From positions 30,001 through 62,000 of the forward strand of contig NQJD01000007.1 of NCBI GenBank assembly GCA_004284765.1: a stretch of DNA of 32,000 nucleotides, given 5' to 3'. This document shows, one piece after another, positions 15,756 to 24,232 of the stretch (within the stretch, counting starts at the first letter, position 1; every line of letters starts with the position of its first letter). The notes beneath the pieces were generated by a model. The model had not been told where the DNA came from, did no database searches, and saw only the letters and a program-made list of their open reading frames with translations. The translations under genes were made by a program, and so were the position numbers. Source of the stretch: Candidatus Electronema aureum (GTDB lineage: Bacteria; Desulfobacterota; Desulfobulbia; Desulfobulbales; Desulfobulbaceae).

Positions 15756-17584
15756 GCCAGTTTGTCCAATTCCTGTTGGGCGATCTGAAGCATTGCTTCC
15801 ATCTCCGCCTTTTCTAAGTGTTGCGCCGCATAGCTGCTCTGCTCAAGCCGGGCGAACAGGGCAAGGAGAGGCGCATCCGCAGGCAGCCGCTCGCTCAAAT
15901 CAGCTAACGTGATCGCTTCGGGAGCGCGTCCCCACGCTGCACCTGTACGTTTTTGCACAGCCTCTTGGCAATGCAGTCGGAATCGCTCTTGATCTTTGGC
16001 CGCTGCTGCCGCCTTCATCTCCCGAAAATGCCGAGCTATCTTTTTTTCCACCTGTTTGCGGAGAACAAGACTTGGATTGCTTTCTAATTTTTTTCGGCGC
16101 AAATCAAGCAGTAGGCCAGAGACAAGGCAGCACCCGGCCCCGGCCATTGTGGTCAGGAACCAGTGTTTTTCATACAGCGGCTGGAAGTTGCGCACGATTT
16201 TTTCTGACTCAGAACGCAGAAAGACAAAATGCTTCCTTGCTTTCGGTTCCGCCTGATTTTTTTTGTTTTTTAGCGGCGGAGGGGGCTGCTGCTGTGCAGG
16301 AGGTGGCACTGGTTCAGCAGCCTGTTGCAGCTGGAGCGGAATCGGCTCGCTCTTCAGGGTGACATAGTCCCCAGCCGCCGGATCAAAATAGGAAAAATGC
16401 AGTGGTGGCACCGCAGTTAAATTGCTGCCAACTGGCACGATGGCCTGTTCAAAGGTCTTTTCGCTCTTGCCGCGCGGTTGACCGATAAAGCTGGCTGAAG
16501 CCGGATACAATTTCCAGCCCTTGCTGTCAGTTAGCTCCGGGGCCTGCACGCTGTCGAAGTTGCCACTGCCACCAATTTTCATTTTTAGGGTGATAGGATC
16601 GCCCGGCCTGCCGTCAGTGCCCGAAGCTGCAACAGCCAGACTAAACATGCCAACCGCGCCCTTGAAATCCGCCGGACGGTTTTTGTTCGGCAAAGACAGT
16701 ACGGTCACTGTTTTTTCGGGGCTGGCGAGTTTGATCTCGCGAGGTGTGTAACGGCCAAAAAAGTCGTCAAAAAAAGGATCGTTAGAAAAGGGTGCATCAA
16801 ATGGGCTACCATGAGGCTGACTCTGTTCGCGGACCATCAGATCAGCATCGACCTGCACAGATAACGCGGCAGTACCTTCCTTGATCGCTGACAGCACACC
16901 ATACCACGTTAGGGCGGTGAATTGTTCGCCATTGACCTGTTCTTGCTGCTGGCTCGGTTCTTGGTCTAAACTCTGGAGAAGAAAATTTTCCCCAATCAGC
17001 GAAGGTGTGGTTTTAAGGTGAATCCGTCTGCCCGGCTTGAAATAGGCTTTGATCGTAAAAGGCACCAGCTGTCCGGCATAAAATTTGTCTGTTTGTGGTA
17101 AAATTCGCAGAAAACCGATGTTCTCGCTCTCTTCTTCCGTTTGCGGGGCCGAGTTGGAACCAGTCGGCGGAACTGCTGCCGTGCCGCTGGAATTTTGCGC
17201 CGGACTGACCGTACAGCTGACCGGTTGCGTAGTGTAGGTTTTGCCGTCTGCTGTTACTTTGACCGGCCCGATAGTGTGCTGACCTATTTTTTCCGCCTGT
17301 ACGATAAAGCTGAAGGCCACCGAAGCTGAAACCTGTCCGTTGACCCAAGAGGTCTGACTGCTTTGGCCAAGAGAGCGGAAACGCAGTCCCTCGGCAGCAG
17401 GCAGCTCCGGTTGGGCAGAACTGGCCCCGTTGACCGTGATCACCAATTCCGCGCCCTGATCTTGGGCAAAGGTACTTGGGTTCAGTTCAGCGGAAACCTG
17501 AACATCCGCCGCCCAGCCTGTTGCCGCAAAGCAGTAGAGCAGACTAACTATCAGCCAAAGCCGCGCCACATTGTTTCTCAGCAT
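15752..17584 (-). CDS. batD: BatD-like protein (oxygen-tolerance family)
   Basis: Signal peptide followed by repeated beta-rich segments (VQVSAELNPSTFAQDQGAELVITVNG...), a Pro-rich linker, a TM segment and a C-terminal helical tail, as in BatD. The track start at 17590 is a TTG. I prefer the ATG at 17582-17584, which overlaps the upstream stop (TGATG). Confidence 0.65.
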   Translation of the reverse strand: MLRNNVARLWLIVSLLYCFAATGWAADVQVSAELNPSTFAQDQGAELVITVNGASSAQPELPAAEGLRFRSLGQSSQTSWVNGQVSASVAFSFIVQAEKIGQHTIGPVKVTADGKTYTTQPVSCTVSPAQNSSGTAAVPPTGSNSAPQTEEESENIGFLRILPQTDKFYAGQLVPFTIKAYFKPGRRIHLKTTPSLIGENFLLQSLDQEPSQQQEQVNGEQFTALTWYGVLSAIKEGTAALSVQVDADLMVREQSQPHGSPFDAPFSNDPFFDDFFGRYTPREIKLASPEKTVTVLSLPNKNRPADFKGAVGMFSLAVAASGTDGRPGDPITLKMKIGGSGNFDSVQAPELTDSKGWKLYPASASFIGQPRGKSEKTFEQAIVPVGSNLTAVPPLHFSYFDPAAGDYVTLKSEPIPLQLQQAAEPVPPPAQQQPPPPLKNKKNQAEPKARKHFVFLRSESEKIVRNFQPLYEKHWFLTTMAGAGCCLVSGLLLDLRRKKLESNPSLVLRKQVEKKIARHFREMKAAAAAKDQERFRLHCQEAVQKRTGAAWGRAPEAITLADLSERLPADAPLLALFARLEQSSYAAQHLEKAEMEAMLQIAQQELDKLA

Positions 17585-19578
17585 CACCAATCCCTGTCGA
17601 CTTCATTTCCGTCGGCAGCCTCCTGCGGGATAAAATTCAGTTCACCCTGCTCGGCTTTCAGGCTGTCGAGCAGATTACCTGCTTCCTCTTCGGTCATTTT
17701 ACCCATGATTTTAACCTCCTCCTTATCCTTTCCACCCGGCTGCGGCTGCTTTCGATTCTGATCGACTGCCCCAGTCTGCTTCTGCGGATTTTCAGTGGTG
17801 CTTTCCTTCTTTTGCTGTTCCTTGTCTGGCATCGATGCAGCTTTTTGCTGCTGTTTTTCCTGATCGTTCTGCTTCTGAGCCGCGCTGGTATCTTGCTTTT
17901 CCGCTCTGTCGTTGTTCTTTTCCTCTTTACTATCCTGCTGTTTTTGTTTTGCTTCTGAACCTGAATTTTGTTTGTTCTCTTCCTGCCCTTCTTGCTTTTT
18001 CTGCTCCTGTGGCTCTTTCTTCTCGTCGTCCTTCTCGCTTTGCTGCGACTGCTCTTTTTGTTGTTTTTCTAACTGTTCTCGTTTCTCTTTGGCTTTTTGC
18101 TGATTACGAGCTGCCTTGTCCTTTTTCTGCTGCTCTTGAGCCAACTTGATCGCCGCAGCAAAGGATTTTTCCGCCTGCTTTAGTTGCTGAACAGCCTGTA
18201 CTCTATCAGCCTTTTTTTCTGCTTCTTCGCCTGCACGATACTGACTGATTCCGCGATTGAAATAGCTCTTCGCCTGCAAGGTGATATCACTGCTTTGCAG
18301 TGCCTTAGTAAATTCCGCTGCTGCTGCATCATATTTTTTTTGCTGATGCAAGCTCGCTCCAGAATTGAAATGCAGAGTCGGATTGTCGCTGTCGTTTGTT
18401 AAAGCATTCTGGTAAAATTGCGCCGCTTGCTCATATTTCCCAGCCTGAAACAAATCGCTGCCTTGATCAGCTCGCGCCGGAACAGGCCAGAACATATAAA
18501 GAAGAAGAAGCACGGCAGCTGTAGCTGCTACTTGCTCTTTTTTTCGTCTCCCAGCGGTGAAAATAAAAGGCAGACGCAGCTTGCGGCGGCGACCAATAAG
18601 CAGAAAATCTAGGCTCAAGAGCAGCGCGGCAGCCCCCAGCGGCCACTGAAACCGTTCCAGCAGCACCTTTTTTTTGCGTTGGGCCTGTTCTTCCTTGGGA
18701 ATCAGAGCTAACTTACGTTCATACACAGTGTCTAAGCCTTGGCCCATACTGCCCAGCGGCACATAAATGCCGCCCGTGGTTTCAGCAACGGCAGCAAGGG
18801 TTTTTTCGTCTAACCGCGAGGTAACAAAGCCACCGCGCTCGTCTTTGACAAAATTTCCAGCACCGCCGCCGGGTAGCGGAACCAGCTCGCCTTGTGGCGT
18901 ACCGACTCCCACCGTATAAATAAGCATTTTTTCCTGTTTCGCCACGGCTGCTGCCCGCAGCGCATTTTGACTCAAATCCTCGCCATCAGTGATCAAAATC
19001 AAAATCTTGTGATTGAGTTCACCGGCCAATACTTTGACCGCATCCTCAATGGTTTGACCAATGTCTGTACCGCCTTTTGGAATGGCATCAGTGTTCAAAG
19101 CGGCAAGAGAGGCATTGAAGGCATCGTAGTCCGTGGTCAGCGGACACATGAGAAAGGAGGTGCCAGCAAAGGGCAGCAGACCAATTCGGTCGCCGTCTAA
19201 TCGGGCGGTGAAGTCCCGCACTGCCAGCTTGGCCCGCTCAAGACGACTGGGTTTAATATCCGGCGCAAGCATGGATTTCGACACATCAAAGCCGATCAGG
19301 ATATCAACGCCTTTGCTCCGCACCTCAATCCAGCGACTGCCCCATTGAGGCCGGGCTAAGGCGATGAACAAGCAAGCTAATCCCAGCACAAAGAGGATGT
19401 TTTTCAGCCGCCGCCGGGCTTGCGAAACGTTGGCAGTAAGCTGCGGGAGCAGATGAGGCGCGGCGAATTTCGTCAGCTCCTTTCTGCGATGGACAGTCCT
19501 CAGACTGAGGAAAAGAACGGCTCCGCAGCAGGCCAGCAGGCCAGCGGTAAGCCAAAGGGGGGAAACGAAAGTGAGCAT
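17584..19578 (-). CDS. VWA-domain plus TPR protein (BatB/BatC-like fusion) with a long Q/K/E-rich tail
   Basis: Two N-terminal TM segments. The VWA/MIDAS region is VDILIGFDVSKSM...ILITDGED...VGVG. TPR repeats follow (FQAGKYEQAAQFYQNAL..., YFNRGISQYRAG). Then comes about 155 aa of QKE low complexity. Confidence 0.8.
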   Translation of the reverse strand: MLTFVSPLWLTAGLLACCGAVLFLSLRTVHRRKELTKFAAPHLLPQLTANVSQARRRLKNILFVLGLACLFIALARPQWGSRWIEVRSKGVDILIGFDVSKSMLAPDIKPSRLERAKLAVRDFTARLDGDRIGLLPFAGTSFLMCPLTTDYDAFNASLAALNTDAIPKGGTDIGQTIEDAVKVLAGELNHKILILITDGEDLSQNALRAAAVAKQEKMLIYTVGVGTPQGELVPLPGGGAGNFVKDERGGFVTSRLDEKTLAAVAETTGGIYVPLGSMGQGLDTVYERKLALIPKEEQAQRKKKVLLERFQWPLGAAALLLSLDFLLIGRRRKLRLPFIFTAGRRKKEQVAATAAVLLLLYMFWPVPARADQGSDLFQAGKYEQAAQFYQNALTNDSDNPTLHFNSGASLHQQKKYDAAAAEFTKALQSSDITLQAKSYFNRGISQYRAGEEAEKKADRVQAVQQLKQAEKSFAAAIKLAQEQQKKDKAARNQQKAKEKREQLEKQQKEQSQQSEKDDEKKEPQEQKKQEGQEENKQNSGSEAKQKQQDSKEEKNNDRAEKQDTSAAQKQNDQEKQQQKAASMPDKEQQKKESTTENPQKQTGAVDQNRKQPQPGGKDKEEVKIMGKMTEEEAGNLLDSLKAEQGELNFIPQEAADGNEVDRDW

Positions 19579-19672
19579 TGTTTGATTAATTCAATTGTTA
19601 CGCTTGATTATTTGCAATTCTGCGTATTCAACCTATCGAGATACATACCAGCAGAGATATCTGCGGACAATT

Positions 19673-21286
19673 TTATATTCCAAGCGTTATCTTCTTCAGA
19701 TACTCAGATAGTGCTTCAGTGCCGATACTTTTTGCGCAGGCAAGAGCAAATTTTCCGACATTCTTTAAATGCCGTTGCATGGCAGGTTCATTTTTCTGGC
19801 GGGCGGCCTGCTCTGCTTTGGCGACTTCATCGGCGGCGGCGCGTTGTTCCGGGGTTTTCGCGCTGCGCTGCATTTCCTCGTGTAGGCGGGAAAGGTCTGC
19901 GATGATTTGCTGAAAGGTGTTGCCGGAAGCGGACGCGCTTTGTCCAACTGCGCCGATTTGTCCGCCGTGAATGTTGTACGTGTCTCCCATTTCCAGTCCT
20001 CTCGATGATGGAATTTTATCAATCAGTTTGTTTTGATTCTCAATCAAGCCCAGAACAGCGGCCATAAGCTGCGCCTGCTGATCCGGCGCAATTCTGCTTT
20101 CCTCGTAGCCAGCCGCAATCTGCTGCTTTGCCTTTTCCACGTGTTCAAGATGGCAGACCGTGAACGTGGCGTGCGGCTGGCCGCGTTTGTCGAAACTGAC
20201 CAGCTCCAGTGAAAACTCTTTGTGCCGCTTGTTGACAGCCTGCACCACCCGGTCCATGATCAGCGGATCAAGCGGCGTGAAGCCCTGCTCGAAGATGTAC
20301 TCGAAGGTGGGAAGCTGCTTGTATAATTCCTCAAATTCGCCGGGACGGAAATCGCGGTCAGGCGGGGTGCGCTGTTCTCCGGCTTCGTCCCAATAAACGT
20401 AATCGCAGTGAATGTCGTCAATAATCCAGTTTTCCCGTGCGCTATTGTAGAGTTTTGCGCCGGTGATATCCGCTCTGCTTAGATTGGCCTGCCTCAAATC
20501 GGTTCCACGTAAATCCGTATTACGAATAATAAATTCAACGAGATTGAAACCTCGCAAGTTTTTTTCTTTCAAAAAAAATCCGGCGGCATTACTATATATC
20601 AACAGTTCTCGTACATCATGATCAGAAATAACAGTATCTTCAAAGTTGTTTTTACTTTCTACTCCTTTCGTAAGTTTTACTATTTTTCTAAATGATACTC
20701 CTGTTAAAATTGCTCTACTAAAGTTTGTGAACACAATGTTTGCCTTGTCAAATACTGCCCATGTTAAATCAGAATCTTTAAAAGATGTAGAAAGATAGTA
20801 ATCTTTACCATCCTGTTCTTTTGAAAAAAGAACATCAATATGAAAAAAATAATACAAAAAATTAGTTATCACTATAATCAAGCTAACGGTAATTATTATA
20901 GTGATTATACTAATCATGATTATATCTATAGATGATGGAAGCAGTTTTAATCCAGATATAAGTATGGCGAAAAAAGAAAATAAAAAAATAAATGATAGTG
21001 AAATAACTACATTTCTTATGCTGACAGCTGAAGACAGTAATACATATAGAGCTTTTCCGATAAATGATAAATCTAATTTTGATGACGAAAAGTTCGTCAT
21101 TATAAGCAATGTATTATTAAAATTAGTCCCACGTATATCCGCCTTACTAAAATTCGCCCCACTCAAATCCAATCCATCCAGCTTTGCTCCGCGCAAGTTA
21201 ATCTTCGCATCAGGATTCTCCTCACGCCATTTATTCCACGCCGCCACGCCCTGCTTCAGTATCGCCAACTGTTCTTTGTTTGCCAT
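19673..21286 (-). CDS. Pentapeptide-repeat protein with an internal membrane-spanning segment
   Basis: The N-terminus is MANKEQLAILKQGVAAWNKWREENP. Pentapeptide repeats include LRGAKLDGLDLSGANFSKADIRGTNF and LRGTDLRQANLSRADITGAKL. About three hydrophobic spans are present (SLSFIFLFSFFAILISGL, IIMISIITIIITVSLIIVITNFLYYFF). A conserved-looking C-terminal region follows (IHCDYVYWDEAG...). Confidence 0.8.
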   Translation of the reverse strand: MANKEQLAILKQGVAAWNKWREENPDAKINLRGAKLDGLDLSGANFSKADIRGTNFNNTLLIMTNFSSSKLDLSFIGKALYVLLSSAVSIRNVVISLSFIFLFSFFAILISGLKLLPSSIDIIMISIITIIITVSLIIVITNFLYYFFHIDVLFSKEQDGKDYYLSTSFKDSDLTWAVFDKANIVFTNFSRAILTGVSFRKIVKLTKGVESKNNFEDTVISDHDVRELLIYSNAAGFFLKEKNLRGFNLVEFIIRNTDLRGTDLRQANLSRADITGAKLYNSARENWIIDDIHCDYVYWDEAGEQRTPPDRDFRPGEFEELYKQLPTFEYIFEQGFTPLDPLIMDRVVQAVNKRHKEFSLELVSFDKRGQPHATFTVCHLEHVEKAKQQIAAGYEESRIAPDQQAQLMAAVLGLIENQNKLIDKIPSSRGLEMGDTYNIHGGQIGAVGQSASASGNTFQQIIADLSRLHEEMQRSAKTPEQRAAADEVAKAEQAARQKNEPAMQRHLKNVGKFALACAKSIGTEALSEYLKKITLGI

Positions 21287-21300
21287 TTTGCACCCTCGGT

Positions 21301-21324
21301 AGGGGCGAAAAATCTTTCGCCCCT
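21301..21324. repeat. 24-nt perfect hairpin element, copy 1
   Basis: AGGGGCGAAAAATCTTTCGCCCCT has a 10-bp perfect stem and a 4-nt loop. It is identical to the copy at 24160-24183. Confidence 0.9.
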
Positions 21325-21618
21325 GAAAATTACCCCGTTCCCCGCTTCCATCGCCTCAAAGTCAATTGGAATCAAGGCGATTCCAATTGACTTTGCCCTG
21401 TTTCACACTGGAATCGCCCCGTTTTCGACTGGAATCAGCCTGATTCCAATTTGAATCGGCCCGGTTCCAATCGGAATCGCCTTGATTCCAATTGACTTTG
21501 ACACGATTCCTGCCGACATCGAGGCAATTCCAACAGGAATCGGCGTAATTCCAATGTGAATTGCCCTGATTCCAATTGAAATCGGAGCGTTTTCAGTGTG
21601 AAACGGCCCGATTCAAAC
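21325..21618. repeat. Tandem array of about 14 units of 21 nt, each with internal dyad symmetry (GGAATC...GATTCC)
   Basis: I phased the units by hand. Examples: tggaatcaaggcgattccaat (21367), tggaatcagcctgattccaat (21430), ttgaatcggcccggttccaat (21451), cggaatcgccttgattccaat (21472), aggaatcggcgtaattccaat (21535), gtgaattgccctgattccaat (21556). The outer units are more degenerate. Confidence 0.85.
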
Positions 21619-21698
21619 GAACAAGACAACAGATAAAACCTTAAAAATTCAGATTCTTGCCGCGTTTGCCGCGTCAGGTCTTGCAGGGGCGACATTCC

Positions 21699-21733
21699 GC
21701 TTGAGTATCGCCAACTGTTCTTTGTTTGCCATT
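21699..21733 (-). repeat. Orphan duplicate of the pentapeptide gene's 5' end (matches 21253-21287)
   Basis: gctt[c/g]agtatcgccaactgttctttgtttgccatt occurs twice, 446 nt apart, as 35 nt with one mismatch. The second copy encodes MANKEQLAILK and then diverges to a stop after 27 codons (21649-21732). Confidence 0.85.
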
Positions 21734-21755
21734 GCGCACCTGCCCCCTTTTCGCC

Positions 21756-22842
21756 TCAATCCCGCATCGCCGTGAAGTTCTCCTTCATCAGCACCTTGAT
21801 AACGCCCCGCAGCAGACAACTCCCAGTGAAATTGGCCATGTACTTCCTCGCCTTTTCCTCAAGCGGCTCAATCAGCCCCTCGTTCCGCAGCCGCGCCAGC
21901 ACCCGCGACCGCTCCGCCGGAATCTTGCCCGGCATAAGATGCTCAATATCCGCCGATTGGAAAACCACTTTTGTTACCGCCACTTTCAGAATATCCCGCT
22001 CCTGCTTGTTCAGACTGCCGCGCTCGCAGCAGAACTCCACCGCCGGGATGAGAATTTTCTCCGCAAGAAAGGAATAATCTGTCAGCTTGTCAATCTTGAT
22101 GATCTCTTCATACAAGCCGTGCAGCACATATTCGCACCATGCCAGCATTCCTTCTGAGCCGCTGTCTGCCTGCGACAGCATGGCGTAATAGTTGTTCCTG
22201 TTGATGCAGAACACCGCTGTCGGATTGATGATCCGGCCTCGTTTGATGTTGAATCCCTGCTTGATCAGCATCGCATAGGTCAGCAGACGGACAACCCGGC
22301 CATTGCCGTTATGAAAAGGATGAATCCAAGCAAAGCGATGATGCGCCGCCGCAGTTTTCAGCAGGTCGTACTTGTGGCTGTCGGCATGGTTGATGAAGCT
22401 GATCAGCTCCTCCATGTAATCAGGAACCTGCACATAATCCGGTGGCCTATGCGCTGAGTCCATTGACCGTGCGCTTGTGCAGCTCGAAAATAATGGATTT
22501 GTCAATCACGGCATTTTCATCAATCACCTGATCAATGAAATTCATCGCTGCTTCCGCATTCTCAATCTCCGTGATGCTCTCGCTGCCACGCCCATTCGCC
22601 TCAGGCTGAATCTTGTGCTCGACGTATTCCGCGATGGTGGTGTTGTTGCCCTCAATTCTTGCCGAGCCAATGCTTTCCAGCAGATGGAATATCTTTTTCA
22701 GCTGGAAAAATATCCTTGGAGGCGTTGTCCCGCCAATCTGCTTTTTCCGCAGATGATCAAGCTCGATGATCAGGTCGGTCAGCGGTGAGGCAAAGGTCGG
22801 CTCTGGAATTTTAAGGTCAAAATGGGTGAAGAGGGCGGGCAT
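21756..22842 (-). pseudogene. fic: Fic family (AMPylase-type) gene, disrupted by a frameshifting lesion
   Basis: Two overlapping track ORFs cover it. ORF 22447..22842 carries the N-terminal inhibitory-helix motif SARIEGN. ORF 21756..22505 carries the Fic motif HPFHNGNGRVVR and a C-terminal wHTH-like region. The frames switch at about 22445-22460, where ...VNGLSA-stop overlaps ...MDSAHRPPDYVQVP. The segment expected between GLS and SAHxPP appears to be missing. Confidence 0.65.
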
Positions 22843-22985
22843 ATTTATGGACCGACGGAGTATCTTTTAACAAAAGATAATGCTTTATATATAAGAATTC
22901 TAAAGATAGATATGTGCAAAGTATATACAAGATTTAACAAGGCAGCGGCAACGTATTTAACATCTTGTAGATACTGTTGTCCGTG

Positions 22986-24159
<1,174 letters not shown>

Positions 24160-24183
24160 AGGGGCGAAAAATCTTTCGCCCCT
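24160..24183. repeat. 24-nt perfect hairpin element, copy 2
   Basis: AGGGGCGAAAAATCTTTCGCCCCT, identical to 21301-21324. It lies between the cas3 stop and the IS110 left end, and may double as the cas3 terminator. Confidence 0.9.
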
Positions 24184-24212
24184 ACACCTGCCCCGCATCG
24201 CTTAATTCGCGG

Positions 24213-24228
24213 CTTATGCAAGAGGTCT
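24213..24228 (+). repeat. 16-nt direct repeat flanking cas3 (copy A)
   Basis: CTTATGCAAGAGGTCT, 5 nt beyond the cas3 stop codon. It is identical to 26549-26564. Confidence 0.85.
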
Positions 24229-24232
24229 ATTT

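Noticed and set aside
17835-18149. Cys/Phe/Ser-rich plus-strand ORFs (17835..18149 and 17912..18103) opposite the batB/C tail.
   Set aside because: They are antisense translations of the purine-rich Q/K/E-coding tract. They have low-complexity composition and no start context.
21325-21618. Whether the tandem repeat near cas3 is a CRISPR array.
   Set aside because: The units are 21 nt and directly abutting, with no unique spacers. A CRISPR array has repeats of about 23-50 nt separated by spacers of similar size. The array is also 2.6 kb from cas3, with fic and IS110 in between.
21435-21695. 86-aa ORF (MSPLQDLTRQ...ESGRFTLKTLRFQLESGQFTLELRRF...) as a heptad-repeat protein gene.
   Set aside because: Its periodicity is simply the 21-nt DNA repeat read in one frame. 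The same periodic pattern continues past in-frame stops on both sides, and there is no SD. It is an artefact, or at most a long-dead gene.
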